The position numbers and the translations under genes were made by a program. A DNA stretch of 64,000 nt from an uncultured Planctomycetaceae bacterium. Lineage in GTDB: Bacteria; Planctomycetota; Planctomycetia; Isosphaerales; Isosphaeraceae. A model generated the notes under the pieces. It was not told the DNA's origin and did not search any database. It saw nothing but the letters and a program-made list of their open reading frames with translations. Location: contig CAWIAD010000002.1 in assembly GCA_963833985.1 (NCBI GenBank), positions 2,560,001-2,624,000 of the forward strand, read 5' to 3'. Shown in pieces: positions 11,008 through 21,539 of this stretch; the stretch's first letter is position 1; every line of letters begins with the position of its first letter.

Positions 11008-11592
11008 CGATGCTCACTCCATTCACAGGGGATGGGAACCACGTGAGCCGGTGACGGACCGACCCATACACCTCAACAGGACGAAACGCGAACGATTGCG
11101 TGCACCCCCGCAGGGACTGGCGCAGCCGCCACGGGAGAGTGGGCGGTCTCCGAAAGAAGCGATAAACCTGTCATTTTCGGACGCCAGAACTTGCTTCGTC
11201 GCGAAATTGAGGGAACTCCTCTTGATCGGATTCGAGTCCAGCTCAGGGTGGATTATAAGCCGCACTCGGCGGGGGTCAACAGCCGGGACAGCCGCCGAGC
11301 CCCGCTCAGGGTGCCGGGCCGCGTAATGCACGCAGGCTGGCGTGGATTGCGGCGGTAGCGTGATCGGCAGGTTCGCAATTGTTCTTTGACAGGCATTCAG
11401 CAGGTTGATGCGATCCTGGATGGCCGGGAGGCCGCTTGTCGTGGGACACGATTCCGCTCGTGTCACTTCATCGATCTGCTGGACCAGGAATGGCACGATG
11501 GGAATCGTACCCCATGAGGAGAGCGGTCAGGCAGGGCTCTCAGCCCCTGGCAAGCGAGCTGCAATCCTGTCCAAAGACTTCTCCGGATCTGC

Positions 11593-12378
11593 TCAGGAAC
11601 GGTGGGCCGCCCAGAGGACGGAGTTCGCGATGGCACGGCGGATCGACGGGTGAAAGAGGATCGGGTAGGACTCTGGTCCGGTGCGGAGATACACCACACG
11701 CCCCTTGCCCACGCTCCAGGTGAGACCGCTCCGGAGGGTCTCGCCCTTCTCCCAGGTGGAGACGAAGACAACGGTTTCCGGCTCGGGGACGGCGAATGGT
11801 TCGGAAAACATGTCGGTCCTGGAGATGGTGAACGGGCCAATCCCGGCGGCGATCGGGTGCTGGGGCGAACGGACGCTCACATATTCGGGGCGGCCGTCCT
11901 CGCGCCAGGGACCGGGCTCGCAGGTCGTGCTCATCATCAGCTTGAACGGCCTGCTGCAACACGAGGCGTACAGGGCGACGAAGCCGAGACGGCCCTCGCG
12001 CACGCGCTTCACAACGGCCGCAGCGCGGTCGGGCGGGACGTCGTCGTGTCTCAGGTGTCCCCACCACACCAGCACGTCCGTGGCATCAAGGGCCTCGTCG
12101 GACAGTCCGGACGATGGGTCTCCCAGTCGTGCCCTGGCGGCGATGATCCCCGGCACGCGACCGAGTTGATCGGCCAGTGCGCCGTCAACGTCTTCGCGGT
12201 ACACCGAGGGCGGAGCCGTCCCTTCGGACCAGACGCGCGCTCTCAAGGGCCGGTCTTGCCCCGGCGTTTCGAAGGCCGGGGCCCGTACGGGGAGCAGAAA
12301 ACCCAGTGCCGGAAGGACTGCGTGCGCACAGCTCAGCGCGGCAGTTCGGCGCACGAACGATCGGCGATCGACGTGCAT
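11593..12378 (-). CDS. ThuA (trehalose utilization) domain protein with Tat signal
   Basis: DRRSFVR twin-arginine signal; RVWSE, DVLVWWGH, GRVVYLRTG ThuA-like motifs. Confidence 0.8.
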   Translation of the reverse strand: MHVDRRSFVRRTAALSCAHAVLPALGFLLPVRAPAFETPGQDRPLRARVWSEGTAPPSVYREDVDGALADQLGRVPGIIAARARLGDPSSGLSDEALDATDVLVWWGHLRHDDVPPDRAAAVVKRVREGRLGFVALYASCCSRPFKLMMSTTCEPGPWREDGRPEYVSVRSPQHPIAAGIGPFTISRTDMFSEPFAVPEPETVVFVSTWEKGETLRSGLTWSVGKGRVVYLRTGPESYPILFHPSIRRAIANSVLWAAHRS

Positions 12379-12672
12379 GGAAGCACCTCTCTTGAACTAG
12401 CTCTGCGTCGCGTTCAGCGCTCGCTTCGGCTCGCGGTAGGCCAGGGGTTCGGAGGGTCGATCAACGGCAGTGGTAAGGCGGGTTCAAGGCATCCTCAATC
12501 CTACTTCAGATATCACACAATCGCAAGCCGGTGAGGCCTGAGCTGTTCCGCTTGACCGTCCCACTCTTTCGCGCTAAGATCCGGCCCGCGAATGGGAACT
12601 GCCGGTCCCGGGAGCCGCATTCCGGCCGCAGGCCTTCATCCCCATCGTACGGCTCACGGAGGAGCACCAGCC

Positions 12673-13377
12673 ATGCGCGACCACAACAAGGCTTTCTGCC
12701 GCCTTGTGGCCGATTCGTTCAATTGTCCCGCCCCGGTCTACGAGTTCGGCTCGTACCAGGTGGAGGGCCAGGAGGGCTACGCGAACCTCCGCGCGCTCTT
12801 CCCCGGCAAGACCTATATCGGCTGCGACATGCGGCCCGGGCCAGGTGTGGACCGGGTGGAAGACGTCTCGGCCGTCAAGCTGCCCGACAGCTCGGCGGGC
12901 ACCGTCTTGTGCATCGAGACCTTCGAGCACGTGTTCGAGGTGAGACGCGCTTTCGACGAGGTCTTCCGAATCCTGCGGCCGGGCGGCGTCTGCGTCATCA
13001 CCACACCGCTCAACTTCCGGATCCACGGCTATCCGGACGACTACTGGCGGCTCACACCGAGCTGCTTGAGGCGCCTGATGTCCATCTACCCGGCACGGGT
13101 CGTGGGCGCCCAGGGGCACTCGCCGTTTCCCCACTCGGTCATGGCGATGGGCATCAAATGGCCGGCCCCGGCGGATTTTACGGCCCGCGCCGCGGCAATG
13201 GTCGCCGGCTATCATGACTGGCTGCAACAGGCGCGGGCTGGCCTGCCCGTCGGCGTCAAGCTGCGCCGAGCCCTGGGGCAACTGTACCGGTCCAAGGGCG
13301 AGCGGTCGCAGATTGCCCAGTACTACTCGGCCAATCTTTCCATCGACATCGACGACCGGCTGGCCCACGCGGGCTGA
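12673..13377 (+). CDS. Class I SAM-dependent methyltransferase
   Basis: YIGCDMRPGPGVD, IETFEHV, RILRPGG, HGYPDDYWR; GGAG SD upstream. Confidence 0.8.
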   Translation: MRDHNKAFCRLVADSFNCPAPVYEFGSYQVEGQEGYANLRALFPGKTYIGCDMRPGPGVDRVEDVSAVKLPDSSAGTVLCIETFEHVFEVRRAFDEVFRILRPGGVCVITTPLNFRIHGYPDDYWRLTPSCLRRLMSIYPARVVGAQGHSPFPHSVMAMGIKWPAPADFTARAAAMVAGYHDWLQQARAGLPVGVKLRRALGQLYRSKGERSQIAQYYSANLSIDIDDRLAHAG

Positions 13378-13458
13378 TTCCAATCACAGCGGGATGATGA
13401 GACGGCACTGCCTCTCGCGCGGACATGGCCGAGATGCCCGGTGCCTGAGGGCGTATGC

Positions 13459-15130
13459 ATGCGTAAATCAATCGATCGTCTCCTTGTTCTCGGGCTGGAT
13501 GGTGCCACCTGGACCGTCCTGGACCCGATGCGTCAGCGCGGGCTCATGCCGAACCTGGACGCGCTTCTGGCACGCGCGGCGCACGGCACGCTGAGGTCGA
13601 TCGTACCTCCGGTCACCACCGCGGCATGGACCACCATGATGACCGGGTGCCATCCTCCCAGGCACGGAGTCTTCGACCACCGCTACTATGATGCGGCCGC
13701 CGGCAGGATGAAGGTCAATCACTCCGGGCGGATCCGCGTACCGACGCTCTGGCAGCAGCTTTCCGACGCGGGCCGCAGCATCGCCTGCCTGAACTTGCCC
13801 GGGCTCTTCCCGCCTCCCGCCATCAACGGCGTCGTGGTCTCGGGCATGGACGCCCCGCACCTGGAAGGTGCCCTCCAGGCCTGTCCCGCGTTCGGCGCTG
13901 CACTCCGCGCCGAGGTCCCGGATTACACGCTCCGCTATTTCTGGAAGCACGCGCCCGCGTCGCTCGATGAGTCGCAGCGCCAACGCCCGGCTCACGGTGG
14001 ATAGTTTTCGCGGCCGCGCCCAGGGAGGGCTCCTTGCCGACCGCCACGTTCCGGACTGGTCCGTGCTGATGGTCCAGTTCCAGAACCTGGACCCATTCCA
14101 GCACCGGGTCTGGCGGTACCTGAACGTCGACGAAACGGGAATCGATGAGCCCGCATGGAATCACGCTGCTGCCGAGGTGATCCGCGGACTCGACGATGCC
14201 ATCGGCATGCTCTGCGAGCTGGCCGATCGCCGGGGCGCGGCGGTGATGGCGGTGAGCGACCATGGCTTCGGGCCCTGCCTGGGTCGAGTCGACGTGAACC
14301 GGATCCTGCTGGACGCGGGCATCGTGCGCCTGCCGAACTGGGCCGGCCACCTCCGCCGGCGTCTGAAGCAAGGGCGCGACCGGCTGCGGGTCTGGAAGGC
14401 GAAGCGGGGCGACCCGACCGCCCGGTCGGCATCATTCGACCAATCGATCTCGTCCCAGTTCCCATTCGACTGGAAGCGCACCCTGGCTTTTGCCCCGCAC
14501 CAGGACACGGCGGCCATGGTCTATGTCAACTCCGTGGCGCGCCAGGGGCCGTCGCGGCATGCCGCCCCCCTGTTCACGCCCCGCCAGATTGACGACGCCT
14601 GCCAGGCGGCCGCCCAGGCACTGCAAGAGGCGCGACATCCCGAGACCGGGGAGCACCTCTTCCCGCAGATCATCCCCATGGCGCAAACCTACCAGCTCGA
14701 CCCGGCACGCGAGGGGTATCCCGACCTGATCGCCATGCCCGCCGCTCCGTACTGGGTGCGCACGCGGCTCTCCGGCGACGGCTCCTGGGTCACGCTCGAC
14801 CCGAACCTGCCCGGTACCCACCGTCCCGAAGGCATCGTCGTGCTGGCCGGTGCGGGCTTGCCGTCGGGCCGGACGCTCCAGGCACAACTGATCGACGCCA
14901 CGCCCACCATCCTCGACCTTCTCGGACTGCCGATCCCGGCCCACGTCGAGGGTCAGCCAATCGCCGCGCACGCGACCGCCCCGACAGACTCCCGCAGCGC
15001 GTTCACTCCCTTCCGTCAGGACGCCGCGGAAAATCCTCTGGATGGTCCGCATCGGCGGCCGTTCGAGTACACTGCCGAGGAGCAGGCGATCCTCGAACAA
15101 CGGCTGGCCGATCTGGGCTACCTGGAATGA
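13459..15130 (+). CDS. Alkaline phosphatase superfamily / type I phosphodiesterase; apparent indel near 13975
   Basis: LVLGLDGATW, LRSIVPPVTTAAW, VSDHGFG, GTHRPEG and C-terminal RLADLGYLE, split over two frames. Confidence 0.85.
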
Positions 15131-15804
15131 CCCAAGGCGCAACTCGCCGCACCATCGCCATCGGCGATATCCACGGCTGCCTGGCCGCACTTGACGCGAT
15201 CCTCCGCGCGGTGGGCCCTCGGCCTGAAGACCAGATCGTCACCCTTGGCGATTACATCGATCGCGGCCCGGACAGCCGGGGCGTGCTCCAGCGGCTCATC
15301 GAACTCTCCCGGCAATGCCGCCTGGCCCCGATCCTGGGCAACCACGATGACATGTTCCTGAGGGCACGCCACACCCCTTCGTCCACGGCCTTCTATAGCA
15401 TGGGCGGTAAGGCCACCCTGGCATCGTACAAGGCGGCATCCCCGCCCGACTTCTCGAGGGTCCCGGGGGAGCACTTCAGCTTCCTCGAGTCATGTCTCGA
15501 CTACTTCGAGACCGAAACACACATCTTCTTGCATGCCTCTTACGTGTCGCACCTGCCGATGACCGACCAACCCTACCTGGCCCTGCGCTGGGAATCGCTC
15601 CGCGACGGTGTTCCCGAACCGCACCAGTCCGGCAAGATCGTGATCGTCGGACATACCTCGCAAAAGAGCGGAGACGTCCTCGACCTTGGCTACATCAAGT
15701 GCATCGACACGTACTGCTACGGCGGCGGATGGCTGACGGCGCTCGACGTGGATTCCGGCCGGGTCTGGCAGGCCAACCGTGACGGGAAGATGCGGCGGAC
15801 CTAG
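15127..15804 (+). CDS. Metallophosphoesterase (PPP-type Ser/Thr phosphatase family)
   Basis: GDIHG, GDYIDRG, GNHD, GHT and IDT motifs; ATGA overlap with the upstream gene. Confidence 0.9.
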   Translation: MTQGATRRTIAIGDIHGCLAALDAILRAVGPRPEDQIVTLGDYIDRGPDSRGVLQRLIELSRQCRLAPILGNHDDMFLRARHTPSSTAFYSMGGKATLASYKAASPPDFSRVPGEHFSFLESCLDYFETETHIFLHASYVSHLPMTDQPYLALRWESLRDGVPEPHQSGKIVIVGHTSQKSGDVLDLGYIKCIDTYCYGGGWLTALDVDSGRVWQANRDGKMRRT

Positions 15805-15948
15805 AGCGGTTTTTGACGGGTTGCAGGCCGTTTCTGACTTCTGGAGAGGGGGGGCAGACATTCCTGTCTGCCAGGGCAAGCCTGCTCCGGCAGGCAGGAA
15901 TGGCTGCCTCCCGGCCTCTGTCTGCGATCCGAGTGAAAACCGCCCTGG
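15801..15948. repeat. REP/MITE-like palindromic element
   Basis: Imperfect terminal inverted repeat CTAGAGCGGTTTT / AAAACCGCCCTGG enclosing an inverted pair of palindromes, GGCAGACA-TTCC-TGTCTGCC (15853-15872) and GGCAGGCAGGAATGGCTGCC (15889-15908). Confidence 0.55.
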
Positions 15949-16177
15949 CTCCGCCGACCGCGGAACAAAGTCGCGCACTGGCCCGACTCAGGTGACGACG
16001 GCTCCCTCCGGGCAATCCTTGCCGCAGGAAGCACGCTCGATCGCTCGTGCCGGTTACCCGCGACCGGATCGGCTGGTACAATCCGTTGCCGCAAGCCAGT
16101 GCGTGAGCGGGCTGAGCCGGAAGCTGCGACATCGTTGTCGTCCATGACAGGTTGTGTCATCGGTCAGGGGTCAGGTG

Positions 16178-16582
16178 ATGCGGGAGGAAGAGAAGTTACA
16201 AGAAGAGCCCACGTCGGGCTGGACGTTCCTGAGCAATCACGGGCACGTACTGCTCTGTATCGACCGCGAGCCGGAGATCCGGCTGCGGGACGTGGCGCAG
16301 AGGGTCGGCATCACCGAGCGGGCGGTGCAGCGGATCGTGGCCGATCTCGAAGCAGGGCGCTACCTGAAGCGGGTGCGCAACGGCAGGCGCAATGTGTACG
16401 AGGTGCATCGCGACGTGCCCATGAGGCACCCTGTGGAGGCGCACCGCGATGTCGGAGCGCTGCTCGCCCTGGCGCTGCGGCCCGGCGAGGCCCCGGAGCC
16501 CATCAGCAACACGGCCAGACCGCCTGCCTCCGCCCCGATGAGGCGCGCGAAGGCGCCCAGGAAACCCGCAGTGACCGGTTAG
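16178..16582 (+). CDS. Winged helix-turn-helix transcriptional regulator (MarR/AsnC-like)
   Basis: WTFLSNHGHVLLCI...RLRDVAQRVGITERAVQRIVADL...GRRNVY. Confidence 0.85.
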   Translation: MREEEKLQEEPTSGWTFLSNHGHVLLCIDREPEIRLRDVAQRVGITERAVQRIVADLEAGRYLKRVRNGRRNVYEVHRDVPMRHPVEAHRDVGALLALALRPGEAPEPISNTARPPASAPMRRAKAPRKPAVTG

Positions 16583-16660
16583 GGTCAATACTGCTGAAAT
16601 ACTGAAATAGTGTTAACGAGAAGGGGGCAAGAGATATGCGAGACACTGGTTCCCACGCTC

Positions 16661-18154
16661 GTACGTGTTTAGCGGCATAGCCTTTGCTGGCCTGAACTGA
16701 CCAGGTGAGATGGTCAGTCCAGCAGGGTGGGCCATGAGATCCTCCGATCGGGCCGAGCTCGAACGCTTGCGTGAAGAAAACCGGACTCTGCGCGCTCGAG
16801 TCGCCGTCTTGGAGCAGACGGTCCAGGAACTCACGGACCAGAATCGACAGCTCCAGGAGAAGCTCGACGAGCAGACGCAGGCCGCGGCTCGACAGGCCGC
16901 CCCGTTCCGGCGGCGCGAGTCCAGGAAGGTCCCCGACGGTTCCAAGAAGCGGCCCGGTCGACCGCGCGGCCACACCGGGATCCACCGGAAGGTCCCCGAG
17001 CATGTCGATGAACATGCCCACGTACCCTTGACCGGCTGCCCACACTGCGGCGGGCCGGTGACCGCAGTGGAGCCGATCGAGCAGTTCATCGAAGAAATCC
17101 CACCGGTCCGGCCCCACGTTCTCCACTTGATCACGTACCGGGGCTGCTGCGCCCACTGCGGCGAGGTGCACAGCTCTCATCCCATGCAGACCTCGACAGC
17201 TACCGGCGCCGCCAAGGTTCAGCTTGGCCCCCGGGCCCATGCCTTGGCGGCCGCATTAAACAAGCAGTTCGGCTTGACCATGCGTAAGACCTGCCGCGTG
17301 CTACAGCTTGTCGCGGGTTTGGTGCTCAGCCCTGGTGGGCTGGCCCAAGCCGTGCAGCGCACCGCCGCGAAGGTCCAGCCGGCCTTTGACAGTTTGGTTA
17401 CCGAAGTCCGTGGCGCGGCCGCAGTGTTCGTCGATGAGACGAGCTGGTATGTCGGGACCCCGGGGTACTGGCTCTGGACGTTCACGACTGCCGACACCAC
17501 GGTCTACCACGTGGACAAAAGCCGCGGCCGACAGGTGGTGCTGGACACTCTGGGCGAGCACTTCGCCGGCATCCTGGTCAGCGACTGCCTGGCCAGCTAC
17601 GAGAACGTGCCGTACCGGACGCACAAGTGCATCGGCCACCACCTGAAGAAGATCGCCGAAGCGCGCGACCGACCGGACACAAAAGATCCAAGCTACCTCA
17701 ACCAGTGGAAGCTACTCTTCACGATGGTCAACGCACTCTGGAAACACCGTGCGGATCTGGGCGAGGAAGAGTTTGCCCGGCAACGTGGCCACCTGGAGGG
17801 GTGGCTGGATCGGTTGCTCAAGGAGCCGCGGACCCAGCCAGGGGACAAGGCAATCCAGCAACGCATCGGCAAGCGTCGCGGGGTGGTCCTGGGGTGCCTG
17901 GACGACCCCGCTGCGGAGCCGACGAACAACCGTGCGGAGCGGTCGCTGCGCGACCCTGGCGTGATTGCGCGGAAGGTGTCGTGCGGGAACAAGACTGAGG
18001 CAGGCAAGGTCGCGTGGGAGCGGCTGACCAGCTTGGCGATGACTTGCCAGCAACGCTCCCAGGATTTCGTCTCCTGGCTGGCCTCGTGCTTGCCCCTCGA
18101 CGCCCTGGTAACCACTGTCCCCACCACTCCTAACCAAGCCCGCTAAACACGTAC
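16661..18154 (+). mobile_element. Complete IS66-family insertion sequence (single-ORF, ISBst12-like)
   Basis: Perfect 15-bp terminal IRs GTACGTGTTTAGCGG (16661-16675 and 18140-18154); 8-bp TSD CCACGCTC (16653-16660 and 18155-18162). Confidence 0.93.
16734..18146 (+). CDS. IS66-family transposase
   Basis: N-terminal coiled coil, PGRPRGH, CPHCG zinc finger, VDETSW, LVSD and TNNRAERSLR. Confidence 0.93.
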   Translation: MRSSDRAELERLREENRTLRARVAVLEQTVQELTDQNRQLQEKLDEQTQAAARQAAPFRRRESRKVPDGSKKRPGRPRGHTGIHRKVPEHVDEHAHVPLTGCPHCGGPVTAVEPIEQFIEEIPPVRPHVLHLITYRGCCAHCGEVHSSHPMQTSTATGAAKVQLGPRAHALAAALNKQFGLTMRKTCRVLQLVAGLVLSPGGLAQAVQRTAAKVQPAFDSLVTEVRGAAAVFVDETSWYVGTPGYWLWTFTTADTTVYHVDKSRGRQVVLDTLGEHFAGILVSDCLASYENVPYRTHKCIGHHLKKIAEARDRPDTKDPSYLNQWKLLFTMVNALWKHRADLGEEEFARQRGHLEGWLDRLLKEPRTQPGDKAIQQRIGKRRGVVLGCLDDPAAEPTNNRAERSLRDPGVIARKVSCGNKTEAGKVAWERLTSLAMTCQQRSQDFVSWLASCLPLDALVTTVPTTPNQAR

Positions 18155-18436
18155 CCACGCTCTGCGTGGGAACACTGGTCAGGACGCTCTGCGTCCCACG
18201 AATCTCCCAGCCTCGGCACGGGCCCGATCGACGCAGAGCGTCGAGGACGGCATTCCCACGCGGAGCGTGGGAACGAGAGACAAACCTCTGCACACACTCA
18301 ACTTACGGCTATTCCTATGGTATTGCAGTTAGGGCGGACTTCCGGACGCGAACGATTCCTCACCGCGCGCGGCAGGTCATCCCGGCTGCGCCGGCGGTCC
18401 GGTCATGCTTGAAAGCGAGGCATTCCGCGAGCGCGG

Positions 18437-18940
18437 TCAGATCAGGTCGAGCCTGCGTCTCGGGCTATGGCTGCGGCTGCATGCCGAGCAGACGCCAGTG
18501 ATGAGGAACCTGTGGCCGGACGGTCGAAAACCGTGTGCCCGGCTCACGGCGTCGCGGATGGTGCGGATCTCGTCATTGCGAAACTCGACCACGCGGTTGC
18601 AGACGGTGCAGTGCATGTGGTCGTGGGCGGGGTAACCGTAATCATGCTCGTAGGCCGTCCGGTTGGTCAGCCGCAGCTCGCGCAGCAGACCGGCCTCGAC
18701 CAGCAGCCGGAGCGTGCGGTAGACCGTGGCCCGGCTGATGGCGTGGCCCGCGTCGTGCACGTCGCGCACCAGCTCGTCGGCGTCGAAGTGCTTGTGGCTG
18801 TCAAAGATCTGCCGCACCAGGACGCGCCTTGGCTCGGTCAGCTTCTCGCCGCGGATCTCCAGAAACTCGCGAAACTTGGACTCGGGCGTTTCCGAGACGG
18901 AGAGCGGTACCAGTTGGTCGGCGGCGGCGATGTCGGGCAC
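18437..18940 (-). CDS. Fur-family transcriptional repressor
   Basis: HKHFDADEL, ISRATVYRTL, HDHMHCTVC and CSAC motifs. Confidence 0.92.
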   Translation of the reverse strand: MPDIAAADQLVPLSVSETPESKFREFLEIRGEKLTEPRRVLVRQIFDSHKHFDADELVRDVHDAGHAISRATVYRTLRLLVEAGLLRELRLTNRTAYEHDYGYPAHDHMHCTVCNRVVEFRNDEIRTIRDAVSRAHGFRPSGHRFLITGVCSACSRSHSPRRRLDLI

Positions 18941-19124
18941 GATGCGTTCCCTGAAGCCTTCGTTCCTGGGCCGTCCGCGGACGACCCGCATCACAGATCA
19001 CAGATCACGAATAACGATTCTTCATTCTAGCCAGTCGCACTCCACCCTTCCAGTCGGCGAAGCGTGATGGCAGCACCAGCGAGAGATTGATCGATTGCGC
19101 AACACGCAACACGTACCAGAGCGC

Positions 19125-20145
19125 CTAGCGGTTGCCGCAGTAGAGCCGTTCCAGGCCCAGGCTTTGCCGCATGTGCTCCACCTGGAATGGATCGTTCACC
19201 GGGTACTGGGGGGGAATGCCCTGGAGCACGGAAGCCACGTCCTGGGCCACCATCGTGGCCATGTTCCGCAGGCCCTCCTCGGTCTGGGCGGCACTGTGGG
19301 GGGTGAGCATCACATCCGGGCGGCCGATGAGGGGATGACCAGGAGGCGGGGGTTCCTCGGCGAAGACGTCGGCGCCGAAGCCCCAGAGCTTGCCCGCGTC
19401 GAGGGCCTCGGCCACCGCACGCTCGTCTACGACCGGGCCGCGGCTGGTGTTGATGAGGATCGTGTTCGGCCCCATGCGCGCGAGCGCGGCCTGGTCGATC
19501 ATCTTCCGGGTGCTGGCGTCGAGCGGCACATGAAGGGTGACGTAGTCGGCTGACTCGAGCAGCAGCCGCATGCTCACGCGCCGTGCTCCCGCGCAGCTCC
19601 ACATCGTCCGGGGCGGCGACGATGTCGTGGTACAGCACCTTCATTGCAAAGCCCCGGTGGGCGATCTCGCCGACCCTGCGGCCGATCCGGCCAAAGCCGA
19701 TGATGCCAATCGTCTTGCCTGCGATCTCGCGTCCGGTCCAGCTCGTCCGGGCCGCGTAGTTTCCCCGGGTCAGCTCCGACATCATCCGCGGGAAATGCCT
19801 GGAGAGCCCGATCATCAGCGCGAAGACATGCTCGCTGACGCTTTGCGTGTTGGCGCCGGGGGTGTAGACCACCTGGATGCCCCGCGCGGTGGCAGCGTCG
19901 ATGTCGATCTGGTCGTATCCCACGCCATGCCGGCCAATCACCTTCAGGTCCGTGCCCCGGTCCATGAGCGGGCCGTCGATCACGCCGCCCGTGCGGATCA
20001 CCAGCGCCGAGGCGCCTGCGACCTCACGCTGGAGCGTCTCCGGGTCCGAGCCGGTGGCCATGCGCAGCTCTCCGGCCTGGCGCAGCAGGGCGATACCCGA
20101 TTCATCCATGTTGTGAACCAGCAAGATCAGCGGGGTTTTCGGCAT
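19125..20145 (-). CDS. D-isomer 2-hydroxyacid dehydrogenase (SerA-like); apparent indel near 19590
   Basis: GRHGVGYDQID, GIIGFGRIG, LHVPL, INTSRG, DVFAEEP and TPHSAA across two frames. Confidence 0.88.
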
Positions 20146-20295
20146 GGTCCGGCTCAATTTCCCTGGGCAAGGCCCGGTTCCTGGGCAGGCAACGGTGAGA
20201 GTTTCTATTATAGGAGAGAGCCGGCGGCTTCGCGCTTGGTTCGCCGGGACGGACTTTCAAACTGGGAAACCTACCGCCAGACCGGCCCGACTTCC

Positions 20296-21529
20296 ATGCG
20301 TTTCGGATCCCGACCCTATCCGAGTGCGAAGCTGGCCGTTGCGGCCGCCCTGTTCGCGTCAATCCTGGTTCGCGGAGCGCTCTGCGCCACGGCCAGCGGT
20401 TCGTCAGGCGACCCGGATAACTACCTGCCACTGGCGCACTCCCTGGCGGCCGGCCACGGACTGGCCTGGAAGGGGCGGCCGACGGCGTACCGGCCGCCAC
20501 TCTATCCGCTTGTCCTGGCACCGATTGTGGCGGCCCTGGGGGCGCGGGCCGGCGCAGGGGTTGCCGTGCTACACGGCGTCCTCGGAGGCGCCACGGTTGC
20601 CGCGATTGTCCTGGCAGCCCGGCGCTGGGGGCTCTCCGGGGGGCGGGTCGCCGTCGCGGCGTGGATTGTGGCCCTTGACCCGGCGCTTGCCTGGCAGAGC
20701 CGTTTCGTGATGACCGAGACCCTCGCGGCCTTCCTCACGGCCGCGGCCATCGCCGTCCTGAGCGGGCCCGGCTGGCGAGGCTGGCTCCCTGGCGGCATCG
20801 TCCTCGGACTGGCTGGCCTCGCGCGCCGAGCATGCTGGCCGGGGCCGCCCTGGTGATGGCGGCCAGCCTGTTCGCCCCTGATCGCGGATTCCGCGCGCGG
20901 CTGGTGCGCACTGCGGGCCTGGTGCTCGGCCTGGTCGCGGTGCTGCTGCCCTGGGTCATACGCAACGCCTGGGTCCTTGGCGAGCCCGTTTGGACCACAA
21001 CTCATGGCGGATACACGCTGAGCCTGGCCAACAATGAGGTGTACTACCGCGACGTCGTGAATGGTCCCCCGGGACGCGTCTGGACGGGCCACGACCAGTG
21101 GCTGTGGTGGGACTCGGTGAACCGCGACACCGCCGGCATGCCCGAGCCGAGTGCCGATCGGTTCTTGCGGAACCGCGCCCTCGCATTGATCGTCGCGCAG
21201 CCGCGCACCTTCCTGCGCGCAGCCTCGAGCGGCTGGGCCGCTTCTGGAGCCTGGCGCCGGCCGGGGCCGTGTACGCGCCCGCCGTGCGCTGGGCGAGCGT
21301 GGTCTGGACGCTGCCACTCTGGGCCTTGCTGGTGCTCGGCCTGGTCCGGCCGAGGCTCTGGCGCTGGCCCCAGGTGGCTGCGCCGCTGATGATTGCCGGT
21401 CTCAGCCTGGTGCACACCGTTTACTGGACCGACCTGCGGATGCGCGCTTCCATCGTACCGGCAATTGCCCTGGTCGCCGCGTCGGCGCAGTTGCCAACGC
21501 GGAGACCGCCTGTCCGCAGCCAGGACTGA
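20296..21529 (+). CDS. GT-C/ArnT-like membrane glycosyltransferase; apparent indels near 20825 and 21225
   Basis: DPDNY, TAYRPPLYP, MTETL, LPWVIRN, TTHGGYTL and RMRA across three frames. Confidence 0.7.
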
Positions 21530-21539
21530 AGCACGAGCA

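Larger units (their letters stand above)
16649..18277. repeat. REPIN-like palindrome pair interrupted by IS66
   Basis: Removing the IS and one TSD restores GTTCCCACGCTCTGCGTGGGAAC, followed by GACGCTCTGCGTC ... GACGCAGAGCGTC and the inverted partner CATTCCCACGCGGAGCGTGGGAACG (18251-18275). Confidence 0.8.

Noticed and set aside
11010..11590. Long intergenic stretch as a possible riboswitch or sRNA (likewise 33850-34360 and 58700-59150)
   Set aside because: No recognisable RNA motif or credible ORF by eye; an Rfam scan would be needed.
18989..19011. Short 7-bp tandem ATCACAG upstream of the Fur gene
   Set aside because: Only about three units, too weak to call a binding site or a phase-variable repeat.
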